Below are positions 18,996 to 27,181 of a stretch of 30,383 bases of DNA, piece after piece. Position 1 is the first letter of the stretch; each line of letters begins with the position of its first letter. The notes beneath the pieces were generated by a model, which saw nothing but the letters and a program-made list of their open reading frames with translations, was not told the DNA's origin and made no database searches. Source of the DNA: a virus. Its lineage: Duplodnaviria; Caudoviricetes. The stretch spans positions 1 to 30,383 of IMG/VR virus record IMGVR_UViG_3300025608_000066; one strand, written 5' to 3'. Position numbers and translations under genes: made by a program.

Positions 18996-19257
18996 CGTGA
19001 AGTGGATCTTCTACCCACTCAGTTGGCATTACTGGAGATGACTTCTTCTTATCTAATTCATCAGCTAGGTCTAGTGCATACCAAGCAATCTTACGAAGCT
19101 CTTGAGACCAAGCATCTTTATTACCTAGTCGTTCTGAATACTTCATTAAATTTCCTTTAACATAAAACTTGTAATTGTCACCAAGCTTTGCTTTAATCAC
19201 ATCTATAGTTTCTATCCCACCCACTTTATAGTGATCAGGATTTATCATATCACTCAT
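18985..19257 (-). CDS. DUF3310 family protein
   Basis: INPDHY..GGIETID...GN.MKY..R...K...L.KI.WY. Confidence 0.85.
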   Translation of the reverse strand: MSDMINPDHYKVGGIETIDVIKAKLGDNYKFYVKGNLMKYSERLGNKDAWSQELRKIAWYALDLADELDKKKSSPVMPTEWVEDPLHDED

Positions 19258-19481
19258 GACTGCTCCTCAATAATTAACATACCTTTATCATAATCACAGG
19301 AAAATTTCTTAATTCGTGTATAAACAAATCCTTCATCTTTAACCTGTGCTAATAATTTACCTTTATGGCAAACTAACTCTTTAGGCTCAACTGGTAAAGC
19401 CATATAATACTGTAATAATATACCAATAATTAAAAATACCACAATTATCAGTAAAACATAACTCCAGATTTTACTTAACAT
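19254..19481 (-). CDS. Small membrane-anchored protein
   Basis: N-terminal TM helix, 2 Cys, RBS GAGGA. Confidence 0.6.
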   Translation of the reverse strand: MLSKIWSYVLLIIVVFLIIGILLQYYMALPVEPKELVCHKGKLLAQVKDEGFVYTRIKKFSCDYDKGMLIIEEQS

Positions 19482-19500
19482 AAAATAATTCCTCGTTGTC

Positions 19501-19533
19501 TTGTAGTTTTGAGCTTATCTGTATAATTATAAT
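19501..19533 (+). promoter_or_regulatory. Putative sigma70 promoter for pqqA
   Basis: Tandem TATAAT at 19522-19527 and 19528-19533. -35 candidates (TTGTAG, TTGAGC) have non-ideal spacing. Confidence 0.45.
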
Positions 19534-19565
19534 TGTAATGCAATTTATTTAGAAAGGATAACATT

Positions 19566-19637
19566 ATGTGGACAAAACCATCAGCAACAGAAATGAGATT
19601 TGGCTTTGAAGTAACAATGTATGTTTGTAACAAGTAA
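19566..19637 (+). CDS. pqqA: Pyrroloquinoline quinone precursor peptide PqqA, 23 aa (not in ORF track)
   Basis: MWTKPSATEMRFGFEVTMYVCNK, with MWTKP, RFGFEVTMY and the E-x3-Y pair. RBS AAAGGA upstream. Confidence 0.96.
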   Translation: MWTKPSATEMRFGFEVTMYVCNK

Positions 19638-19640
19638 AGT

Positions 19641-19671
19641 TTAACGGGGAGCATTAAACCCTCCCCATTAA
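19641..19671. terminator. Hairpin directly after pqqA (possible terminator)
   Basis: TTAAcGGGGAG-9nt-CTCCCCaTTAA. U-tails are weak on both strands. Confidence 0.55.
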
Positions 19672-19836
19672 TCTTTCATACATTACTGTATTATTCTTTA
19701 TCCACCTAAAAGGTATTTCAACCTTTAACATTCCAACATGATGTCCTGACCTGTGATGCCATAATACTTGTGCTTGGTCAGGTAACATATGCCTATTTTC
19801 TTTAGGTATAAACCTAATAACACTAGAAGGGAACAT
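19654..19836 (-). CDS. Hypothetical protein, 60 aa
   Basis: Probable start MFPSSVIRF overlaps the end of the upstream gene. Its stop lies in the pqqA hairpin loop. Confidence 0.45.
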   Translation of the reverse strand: MFPSSVIRFIPKENRHMLPDQAQVLWHHRSGHHVGMLKVEIPFRWIKNNTVMYERLMGRV

Positions 19837-20107
19837 CTTCCACCAGTTCTTGCTGAGGTGCTGATGCTTCACTTGCTGAGTCGCTATGGAATACTCTAAC
19901 ATTTCCAAGTATAGGTGTCTGGACACCAGCTTCTCTTTCTTCTTTTGTAACTGACTGGCTAATAAATCCATTGTTGTCATATTGATCTTTATTATCAGTA
20001 TCAATAAAAGTTGTTAGATCAAGATATGTACCTTTAGAACCCTTGTACAATTTTTCTTTATCAATCTTAGTTACATCTATTCTTACGCTTACGCCTAATC
20101 TGGCCAT
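19823..20107 (-). CDS. Putative single-stranded DNA-binding protein
   Basis: Short beta-rich protein with the acidic SSB-like tail VEDVPF. Lies in the recombination operon. Confidence 0.55.
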   Translation of the reverse strand: MARLGVSVRIDVTKIDKEKLYKGSKGTYLDLTTFIDTDNKDQYDNNGFISQSVTKEEREAGVQTPILGNVRVFHSDSASEASAPQQELVEDVPF

Positions 20108-20118
20108 ATTATTTCTCC

Positions 20119-20841
20119 TTAAAAAAATCTTACTTTGTTACTCTTACTTCTTTTGAAATTATAAATATCTTCAATCAAAATAAGGTAACCTTTAACATCT
20201 GTACAGTCCTGAAGTTTTACCGACTGGAAAGACAGCTTATTCAAAAACTCAACATGACTATAGTCTGAATTTTCAAATAATTCCAACATTGCATAAACAA
20301 AATACCTACGCTTATAACCTTCGTAGTATTCTCTAACCATGCAAATTTTTTCTGCATTTTTAACAGCTAGATCATAATCTTTAATCTTAAACACACCGTC
20401 ATTAAAATCGGTATTTTTTGATCCAGACATTCTAGCCCTATTAGTTAAAATAGCATTTGTTTCATTGTGACCAAAGCCATAATTTCTTTTAAAGTTACGA
20501 TAAGTTAAATAATCTTTTAAACCTAATTCGCAATAACCTTGCATATATTCTTCAGCAGTCCAGTTCTTAGAATTAGTATTTAATCGATGTACATCATCAA
20601 GGTTAAGGTTTCTAACCTTAATATAATACACATATTTTCCTAACTCTTTTGCAGCCTCGAATCGGTGCTGTCCATCTATAATTTCATAGTGTTGGTTTAC
20701 AATGATTGGAACTTCTATATATTTTTCTGACATAGACTCAGTAAGTCTTTTTAAATGCAGTTTATTTATATTTCTATTTCCATTCATATGCTTAAACATA
20801 GAATAATCATTGGTCTTTAAGACTTGATTTACTTCTTTCAT
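20119..20841 (-). CDS. ParB/Srx-like N-terminal domain protein
   Basis: GNR...PIIV...IIDGQHR..A motif. Confidence 0.7.
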   Translation of the reverse strand: MKEVNQVLKTNDYSMFKHMNGNRNINKLHLKRLTESMSEKYIEVPIIVNQHYEIIDGQHRFEAAKELGKYVYYIKVRNLNLDDVHRLNTNSKNWTAEEYMQGYCELGLKDYLTYRNFKRNYGFGHNETNAILTNRARMSGSKNTDFNDGVFKIKDYDLAVKNAEKICMVREYYEGYKRRYFVYAMLELFENSDYSHVEFLNKLSFQSVKLQDCTDVKGYLILIEDIYNFKRSKSNKVRFF

Positions 20842-20843
20842 AC

Positions 20844-21419
20844 TTATTTCTCCTTAGTATATTTAGGTTTCCTCTTGTAACGAGGGGGTTCAACATCATC
20901 GTTCACAAATTGGATAAACTCTTCCATCTTCGGTAAATACCAATCCATAAACTTACTATCATATGGAACATACTCACGATGAGTTTCATGAGGTGTCCAT
21001 ACATAAAACCAGCCACCAACAGTCCCTGATACAAAACACTGCATCTGTATCTGAAACCAATAGCGTTCTGGAATCTCTGGGTATATCTTTTGGGTAAACG
21101 GGCATTTTATTTCAACAGGAATCCATTGATCATAAGCCTGATAAAATATGAACGCATCAGCCGATGCTCCGCAAGGCAAAAAGTTATGGACAAGTAATTT
21201 ATTACCTGCTTTGCATATTTGATCCATCTCATCTTCAAACGCTGCAAGAGCAATAGGCTCGTTATCGAGACCCCACTGAGTCATAATATTGCCAGAAAAT
21301 GGTTCTGCACGACCAGTCTTTTCCCTCCATAACTTTTGTCTTTCGTAAACAGCCGACCATGCTTGGCTGGCTGTCACGATAGAATTACGAAGTTTTTTAT
21401 TACTAAGATGCGAACTCAT
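20844..21419 (-). CDS. YqaJ/lambda-exonuclease family recombination nuclease
   Basis: TAS, WG..NE, GASAD, EIKCP and Y..QIQ.Q motifs. Confidence 0.88.
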   Translation of the reverse strand: MSSHLSNKKLRNSIVTASQAWSAVYERQKLWREKTGRAEPFSGNIMTQWGLDNEPIALAAFEDEMDQICKAGNKLLVHNFLPCGASADAFIFYQAYDQWIPVEIKCPFTQKIYPEIPERYWFQIQMQCFVSGTVGGWFYVWTPHETHREYVPYDSKFMDWYLPKMEEFIQFVNDDVEPPRYKRKPKYTKEK

Positions 21420-21939
21420 CAGTTTTCTCTCTAATTTGATTTCTAGTTTCTGGTTTTAATTTATACCAGTATTTTAATTTACCATCTTTTGAGAGTTCTT
21501 TTAAAATACTAATGTGATCGTCAATACTTCTAATATCTTCTTTAGGCTGAGGCTTAGCTTCAGGTCGATCAATCTCATCTTCTGAATAGATAAAACCATG
21601 CAGGCCTAACAGTTTAAGAACAGCTCGATCAACTGCTCGTTTTTCTGCCATTGCAACTGTATAGCTGTTTTTACAATTGTGAGGTGCTGCTTCACCATAT
21701 GTAGTCACAGTTTGATCTTTTAATTTTGCTACACATTTAATTACAGCAATTTTATTTTTAGTATCAAACTCTACTTCATGTAACTCATACTGGATATTTT
21801 TTTGTGCTGCAGCAATCTCAATCCACTTGTGATACATAACCCAAGTGCCATGACAATCCCACAAACATTCTTTCCAGTCGAAGCCTTGCTTTTGCAAGAC
21901 TTCTTTTACTCTATCATCTATTTTTTTCTTAGCGGCCAT
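21403..21939 (-). CDS. Putative single-strand annealing recombinase (SSAP)
   Basis: GEA...AMAEKRAVDRAVL motif, adjacent to the exonuclease. Start MAAKKK follows RBS GGAG. Confidence 0.6.
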   Translation of the reverse strand: MAAKKKIDDRVKEVLQKQGFDWKECLWDCHGTWVMYHKWIEIAAAQKNIQYELHEVEFDTKNKIAVIKCVAKLKDQTVTTYGEAAPHNCKNSYTVAMAEKRAVDRAVLKLLGLHGFIYSEDEIDRPEAKPQPKEDIRSIDDHISILKELSKDGKLKYWYKLKPETRNQIREKTDEFAS

Positions 21940-22072
21940 CGTTTTGCTCCAGTTCTTCTTGTTCTTGTTGTTGTCTTTCTCGGTCATCCATTCTAGCACC
22001 AAGCTCTATTAACTCGTTAGTAAGTGACTGGATCTCCCAAGTGATATATTCAAATTTTTCTTTTTGGTTCAT
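21929..22072 (-). CDS. Small helical protein, 47 aa
   Basis: MNQKEKFEYITWEIQSL... ATGA overlap with the upstream gene. Confidence 0.5.
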   Translation of the reverse strand: MNQKEKFEYITWEIQSLTNELIELGARMDDRERQQQEQEELEQNDGR

Positions 22073-22329
22073 ACTGATCTCCTTACAGCTTCATCTTTAA
22101 GATACTCAATAGTATCGCTGTCAAGTCTTGATAATACACTTAACCCATTTGAGAATGGTGTGATATCACTTTGATCGTCAACTTCTACATCTTCTAAGTC
22201 AACAATAAGTTCGGTAGGATAACCTATTTCTTTTATTTCTGATATGTTTGCAAACACTTGGATGCCCAAATCAAACTCACGATATTTGTCTTCTACTGTG
22301 ATTTCTGTGTTAAATATTACTTGTTCCAT
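22069..22329 (-). CDS. Acidic hypothetical early protein
   Basis: First gene of the leftward operon, RBS AAGGAG. Very rich in D and E. Confidence 0.65.
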   Translation of the reverse strand: MEQVIFNTEITVEDKYREFDLGIQVFANISEIKEIGYPTELIVDLEDVEVDDQSDITPFSNGLSVLSRLDSDTIEYLKDEAVRRSV

Positions 22330-22366
22330 AAATTTCTCCTTTGTTAAAATAAATGTTACATATACG

Positions 22367-22396
22367 ACTATACACTATATTTTATTTTTGTGTAAA
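22367..22396 (-). promoter_or_regulatory. Leftward sigma70 promoter
   Basis: TTTACA-18 nt-TATAGT. Confidence 0.55.
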
Positions 22397-22418
22397 ATTA
22401 TTTTGTATATAAAATTAG

Positions 22419-22447
22419 TTGACTCTACATCTATAAACTGATAAATT
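22419..22447 (+). promoter_or_regulatory. Rightward sigma70 promoter
   Basis: TTGACT-17 nt-TAAATT with TGn extension. Confidence 0.6.
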
Positions 22448-22487
22448 CTCAAAAGGTAAAAACTTTTTTAACTTATTTGGAGACAAC

Positions 22488-22652
22488 ATGAATTACCAAG
22501 AAGCAATAAATAGGTTTGATGGAAACATTAGTGCAATGGCGCGAGCTTTAGATGTATCCAGACAAACCATATACAATTGGGCCAGCGAAGGCGAGTTACC
22601 AAAACATAGGGCAATGCAACTTGAATACTATCTACAGACTACAAGCGTTTAG
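22488..22652 (+). CDS. Cro-like HTH regulator, 54 aa (not in ORF track)
   Basis: ISAMARALDVSRQTIYNW...GELP..RA.QL. RBS GGAG. First rightward gene. Confidence 0.85.
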   Translation: MNYQEAINRFDGNISAMARALDVSRQTIYNWASEGELPKHRAMQLEYYLQTTSV

Positions 22653-22797
22653 TCACGAAATAGTTGATCGGGAAGGTTTTTCTCTTCGCAGATTCTATAG
22701 CTATAGAGATGCCAAGGAATATATATACAATAAACCTGATTACAAGGTGCAAAAAATTAAGATTGATTTAACTAAAATTGAGGAGTGTTTATTTTGA
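22621..22797 (+). CDS. Small hypothetical protein (start uncertain)
   Basis: HEIVDREGFSLRRF...A...EECLF. Fills the gap between Cro and the initiator. Confidence 0.45.
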   Translation: MNTIYRLQAFSHEIVDREGFSLRRFYSYRDAKEYIYNKPDYKVQKIKIDLTKIEECLF

Positions 22798-23429
22798 GAA
22801 TTAGAAATTGGGACAAATTCCAACACTATAAGCCTATGCACAGTAAATATAAAAAACAAATGACATGGTTGAAATTATATGGTGGAGATATACTTAATGA
22901 TATTGATTGGTTTAAGTTATCTGACACAAGTAAAGCAATATATATTGAACTACTTTGTCTTTCTTCACAAAACCATGGAAACTTACCAGATATGGAAACT
23001 ATTGCTTTTAGGTTAAGACGATCAGAGGAAGATCTAGAAAGGGCTATAGAGGAATTAAGTCATTGGATTGAAGATGGTATATACAGTGTATATACAATGC
23101 CTATACCAGAAGAAGAAAAAGAAGAAGAAGAAGAAGAAGAAAAGAGTAAGCAGAAAAAGGATTATTTGACAGATACAAATTTTCAAAAGTTTTGGGATGC
23201 TTATGATTATAAAGTTGGTATAGTTGATGCCTACAAAGTTTGGCAAAAACATAAATGCCAAAAAGATTTAGATAAAATATTGTCGCATATAAAACATTAC
23301 AATGATTCTAAAGATGTTAAAGATGGATTTAAGAAACATCCAAGAACATATTTAAATCAAAAAATGTACTTAGATCCAATTACTAAATCTAAATCTAAAG
23401 TTAAATATGATTGGGAGGGTGCTAAATGA
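22785..23429 (+). CDS. Replication initiator / replisome organiser
   Basis: I.NWDKFQHY, WLKLY, G.LP...IAFRLR, a charged linker, and FQKFWDAY...KHPRTYLNQ C-terminal domain. Upstream of the helicase. Confidence 0.75.
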   Translation: MFILRIRNWDKFQHYKPMHSKYKKQMTWLKLYGGDILNDIDWFKLSDTSKAIYIELLCLSSQNHGNLPDMETIAFRLRRSEEDLERAIEELSHWIEDGIYSVYTMPIPEEEKEEEEEEEKSKQKKDYLTDTNFQKFWDAYDYKVGIVDAYKVWQKHKCQKDLDKILSHIKHYNDSKDVKDGFKKHPRTYLNQKMYLDPITKSKSKVKYDWEGAK

Positions 23430-24355
23430 AAACAGTCGGAGAGGTAATGGATCAACTAACCATTACAAAAGAAGAGGTACATGGATATGAAAGTGAATAT
23501 GTAGAAGATTTTTTAATTAAAGATACATCTAGCTTTGCTGATGCTGTAGTAGATTATTACTACAAAGAAATGAACTCTGGTAAAAGTTTAGGTCTTCCAA
23601 AAATGAATGAAGGTTTTGTGGCAAGACCAGCCGAACTGACATTAGTTACTGGAATCTCATCTCATGGAAAAACTCAGATGTTAATGCAATGGATAAATCA
23701 ATTATCTAAAGATTCAAAATGTTTGGTTATGTCAATGGAAATGAGGCCAGAGATAACTCTTGCCAGATTATGTAAGATTGATCTTGGTCGAAACTCTACA
23801 GGAGCACCACCAACTGAAAAATTTATTAGGGATTATTGCAATGAGAAAAAGGAACAGATTTATATTTACGATCAGCAGCAAGAGACAACCTCTGCAGATA
23901 TTTTTGCTAGTCTCATTTACGCTAAAGAAGTGTTGGATTGTAAATTTGCTGTAATTGATTCTTTGATGACTATAAGTGATGTTGGAGAATCTGATCAAGG
24001 CTATAATGAGCAGAAAAAATTTATCAATAAACTATCTGTTTTGTGCAAGGCATTAGATATACATATTTTTTTAGTAGCTCACTTAAGAAAAGTAGCTGAC
24101 GAATTACAAGCACCAGATGCTCAAGCTATTTACGGATCAAGTAACATTAGAAATCTTACTGATAATATTCTTATGGTTTATAGAAATAAGCTGAAAGAAA
24201 AATGGGCAATGGACGGAGAAAAGACTGAAGATGAATTACGGTCAATACCAGATGCTATGGTTTATATTCAGAAGCAAAGAAATTACCCATTTGAAGGCAA
24301 GTTTGGTTTTTATTTTAATAAACATAGTTTAACTTATCAGGAGGTGCCAGTATGA
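23426..24355 (+). CDS. DnaB-like (SF4) replicative helicase
   Basis: Walker A TGISSHGKT, SMEM, VIDSL, LVAHLRK, GS..I...DN and KQR motifs. Confidence 0.9.
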   Translation: MKTVGEVMDQLTITKEEVHGYESEYVEDFLIKDTSSFADAVVDYYYKEMNSGKSLGLPKMNEGFVARPAELTLVTGISSHGKTQMLMQWINQLSKDSKCLVMSMEMRPEITLARLCKIDLGRNSTGAPPTEKFIRDYCNEKKEQIYIYDQQQETTSADIFASLIYAKEVLDCKFAVIDSLMTISDVGESDQGYNEQKKFINKLSVLCKALDIHIFLVAHLRKVADELQAPDAQAIYGSSNIRNLTDNILMVYRNKLKEKWAMDGEKTEDELRSIPDAMVYIQKQRNYPFEGKFGFYFNKHSLTYQEVPV

Positions 24356-24495
24356 GTGTTAATGAATTTATAAAAATGATTAAAAAAAGTTTTCCAGATG
24401 CGGTATACAAAGCCACATCTAAAGATGGTATAGTATTTAAATCGAAAGGATGGGATGACTATGAGATTCAGTCTAACAAAACACAATCTAAATAG
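24352..24495 (+). CDS. Small hypothetical protein, 47 aa
   Basis: RBS GGAGG, ATGA overlap. MSVNEFIKMIKKSFPDAVYKATSKDG... Confidence 0.55.
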   Translation: MSVNEFIKMIKKSFPDAVYKATSKDGIVFKSKGWDDYEIQSNKTQSK

Positions 24496-24832
24496 TCTGG
24501 TTCAAAAACTACAAGGATTAGACTTTAGTAAGATGTGGAAGATCGAGATTAAAGAAGGTAAGTACAATAGATCAATAGATCAAAATAAATATCTCTGGCA
24601 TTTATACAGAATTCTCGGAGATCATTTAGGGTATGATCCAGAAGAATTGCATGAGTTATTAACTTACAGATATTTAAGGGAAGAGAAAACAATTAAGAAT
24701 GAGAAAGTAATTGTCATAACTAGAACATCAACTTTAAATACTCAAGAATTTAATGACTATGTAAAACAGGTAAAATTTTTTGCATCTGAGTACGGATGTA
24801 GATTACCAGATATAAAAGATGTATCGCTCTAA
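24455..24832 (+). CDS. NinB-like recombination protein
   Basis: RSIDQNKYLW and RTSTLNTQEF..Y...V..FA.E.G motifs. Confidence 0.75.
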   Translation: MTMRFSLTKHNLNSLVQKLQGLDFSKMWKIEIKEGKYNRSIDQNKYLWHLYRILGDHLGYDPEELHELLTYRYLREEKTIKNEKVIVITRTSTLNTQEFNDYVKQVKFFASEYGCRLPDIKDVSL

Positions 24833-25094
24833 GAAGTTATTAGTATTACTTAGAGAATTGCCTTGTATGCATTGTGGTGCAATGGACGGTACAGTTTGTG
24901 CGGCTCATAGAAATCAAGGCAAGGGAATGGGAATGAAGCAGAGTGACGCCCTTGTAGCAGCATTATGTCATATATGTCACTTTGAGTTAGATAATGGTAA
25001 AGACTTATCGAAAGAGGAACGAAGAGAACTTTGGGATCAGGCTTACATAAACACCATGCAATATTTAATTGAGACTGGGAGGTTGAAATGCTAG
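24819..25094 (+). CDS. Zn-binding HNH-like protein (DUF1364/DUF968-like)
   Basis: PCMHCG...AAH...GMGMK.SD...LCHICH..LD. Confidence 0.7.
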   Translation: MYRSKKLLVLLRELPCMHCGAMDGTVCAAHRNQGKGMGMKQSDALVAALCHICHFELDNGKDLSKEERRELWDQAYINTMQYLIETGRLKC

Positions 25095-25288
25095 AGTATT
25101 GCCTAGTAGTTTACTTAACAATGGAAGATCCTAAATACATAGGCCACTTCCAAAATTGTGCAATAGCAAACAATTATGTCCAAGAGTATTATTATGATGC
25201 TCCGTACACAATCTGTCTTCACGAAGACTATATTAATTTACCACCAACAATTATTAAAAAGGAAGTGCATTATGGGAAAGGGGAGTAG
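25088..25288 (+). CDS. Hypothetical protein
   Basis: RBS GGAGG. Tiles the operon. Confidence 0.5.
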   Translation: MLEYCLVVYLTMEDPKYIGHFQNCAIANNYVQEYYYDAPYTICLHEDYINLPPTIIKKEVHYGKGE

Positions 25289-25424
25289 CAGGCGATTAGA
25301 AGATGTAAAAAAAATAGAATCTAATCCATTCTGGGAAAATACTACATTCGCTAAAACACAAAAGGAAAAAGAAAATGGCAGGGATGTCACCGACTCAGTT
25401 AAGCCTGAGAAAACTAAAAAGTGA
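25272..25424 (+). CDS. Small hypothetical protein
   Basis: Probable start MGKGSSRR, a common phage microprotein N-terminus. Confidence 0.45.
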   Translation: MGKGSSRRLEDVKKIESNPFWENTTFAKTQKEKENGRDVTDSVKPEKTKK

Positions 25425-25698
25425 AGGGTATGAGACCGTACAGGTCGTTGAGGTCTGGATACCTTTTAGTCGTACTCGTAGGGATCTTTTTGGAGCATGG
25501 GATATATTGGCAGTTAAAGATGGAGAAACCGTTGCCATACAGGTTACTTCCAAATCGAATATGTCAGCTCGAATCAAAAAAATTTCCGAGAACGCTCATG
25601 TTAACAATTTAAGGAAAGCCAACTGGACATTATTAGTTCATGGTTGGTTTAAAAATAAGTCTAACCGCTGGGAGGTAAAAGAAACTGATGTCAGCTAA
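25375..25698 (+). CDS. PD-(D/E)xK nuclease, resolvase-like
   Basis: L..EGY...RRDLFGAWDILAV...AIQVTS. Confidence 0.65.
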   Translation: MAGMSPTQLSLRKLKSEGYETVQVVEVWIPFSRTRRDLFGAWDILAVKDGETVAIQVTSKSNMSARIKKISENAHVNNLRKANWTLLVHGWFKNKSNRWEVKETDVS

Positions 25699-26113
25699 AA
25701 ATAAATACGATAACTATAATTATGACTATATAGTAAACGGTCAAAAGTATAAAAGAAAACAAGTTATAGATATGATCTTAGATCAACTGGACAGAGAAAA
25801 CATGACTATTCTTGAGATATCAAAAGCAACAGGCATTAGTGAAAAATACATGAGCAACTTAATGCAGGTTCTTAGAGATCAAGATTTAATTATAAATACT
25901 AAACAAAGAAGAGATGGCCATTATTTATATAAAAGCTACAATGAATGTTTATTGGCTGAAATGCTTTACCCTTCAGTTCAGGAAGTTGAAAACAAATTTA
26001 CGGTAAAGAATAGGATTGTTAGAACAGTTCATGATGGAACTAGTAAGTCTAGCGGATCTAAACAATCCATAACTTATGGTAGCAGCTATTACGATTCAGT
26101 AAACTGGGAGTAA
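25688..26113 (+). CDS. Winged-HTH DNA-binding protein
   Basis: MTILEISKATGISEKYMSNLMQVLRDQDLI. Confidence 0.6.
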   Translation: MSAKNKYDNYNYDYIVNGQKYKRKQVIDMILDQLDRENMTILEISKATGISEKYMSNLMQVLRDQDLIINTKQRRDGHYLYKSYNECLLAEMLYPSVQEVENKFTVKNRIVRTVHDGTSKSSGSKQSITYGSSYYDSVNWE

Positions 26114-26115
26114 TC

Positions 26116-26433
26116 ATGCATAAAGATTTATTTTTAGAGTATATGCAAAATTGGGCTAGATGGATGAAGTCTGAAGATCATAAGCTTGGCTTTCCTCAAA
26201 GAAGTATTGGTATGGCTGGAGCATCATCCACAAGCTTTGACGATATGATTGAAGAGGCAGATTCTGAGATAGTTAGAACTATAAACTCATGCATTGATTC
26301 TTTAGGAAGCGAAGAGGTTAATGCAATCTGGGCCAGATACATAGGAACTAAGAAGCCAATGTACTATGAGATGAAGTTACAAATAGGTCTGGATAAGTTA
26401 CAAAGCATGGTAGAAGCTAGGGTACAGATATAA
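26116..26433 (+). CDS. Putative late antiterminator/activator (Q-like)
   Basis: NWARW...INSCIDSL...AIWARY pattern. Last gene of the nin-like operon. Confidence 0.5.
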   Translation: MHKDLFLEYMQNWARWMKSEDHKLGFPQRSIGMAGASSTSFDDMIEEADSEIVRTINSCIDSLGSEEVNAIWARYIGTKKPMYYEMKLQIGLDKLQSMVEARVQI

Positions 26434-26456
26434 AAAAGGGCTACCGAAGCAGCCCT
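26432..26456 (-). terminator. Rho-independent terminator for the leftward early genes
   Basis: Minus strand AGGGCTGC-TTCG-GTAGCCCT followed by a T run. Confidence 0.85.
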
Positions 26457-26484
26457 GTATGGAGATTTCTATAAGATCCTCCCT

Positions 26485-26667
26485 TCATTTAGCAAGCATT
26501 TTTTTATACTTTGCTAATTCTTTATTGTACACCTCAGCAAGTGCTTCTAGCTTTTTTTTATTAATCATAATTTCTGCATATAAACCTTCACACTTATGCT
26601 TTTGATCCAGAACATCTTGCACTTCTTTATCTACATTATCTAAAATATTTTTAATTTCTGTACTCAT
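26485..26667 (-). CDS. Small coiled-coil early protein
   Basis: RBS AAGGAG. Helical, 60 aa. Confidence 0.6.
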   Translation of the reverse strand: MSTEIKNILDNVDKEVQDVLDQKHKCEGLYAEIMINKKKLEALAEVYNKELAKYKKMLAK

Positions 26668-26695
26668 TATTTTTCTCCTTTGTTAAACCTAGAAC

Positions 26696-26983
26696 TTATC
26701 GCTCTAGGTTATATTCGTTAAAAATTCCTTTTACTAATACCCATGACTTACTATGAGTATTACGGAACATCTCGCTTGGTATATCAGCCCATGATCCGTC
26801 ACCAACTGGTTGCCATATATCTTCAACACTTAAGCTAAACTTTTCACCATTATCAACAAACAAAAAGTTTTTAGTAATGCGAGCAACTTTACCAATATGT
26901 CTGCAATCACCATTCCAACCTGATGAAACATCATCACCTACTTTGAAACTATGTTTTTTAATATCTACCATGTCAATCTCCAT
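26696..26983 (-). CDS. Hypothetical early protein (SH3-like beta barrel)
   Basis: FKVGDDVS..WNGD...G.V.RITK. The true start may be the second Met, after GGAG. Confidence 0.6.
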   Translation of the reverse strand: MEIDMVDIKKHSFKVGDDVSSGWNGDCRHIGKVARITKNFLFVDNGEKFSLSVEDIWQPVGDGSWADIPSEMFRNTHSKSWVLVKGIFNEYNLER

Positions 26984-27000
26984 ATAATTAAGTTAGTAAA

Positions 27001-27030
27001 GATATTATTGTCTATTTTGATATTATTGTC
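27001..27030. repeat. 12-bp direct repeat GATATTATTGTC x2
   Basis: Exact copies at 27001-27012 and 27019-27030. Confidence 0.85.
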
Positions 27031-27032
27031 AA
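27004..27032 (-). promoter_or_regulatory. Strong leftward sigma70 promoter
   Basis: TTGACA-17 nt-AATAAT. Confidence 0.75.
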
Positions 27033-27122
27033 CATATTGGACACTATTAGATTAAATTAATTAAAAAAAGTTAAAAACATACTAAATATTGTGGTCTGGG
27101 TATCGGAAGACACCTAATTATT

Positions 27123-27131
27123 TGATATAAT
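27123..27131 (+). promoter_or_regulatory. Extended -10 late promoter
   Basis: Perfect TGaTATAAT with no good -35. Confidence 0.65.
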
Positions 27132-27181
27132 AATGGGGTAGGGGGAAGTACGCCCAATTTACTCCCTCTATCCTCCTTTGT

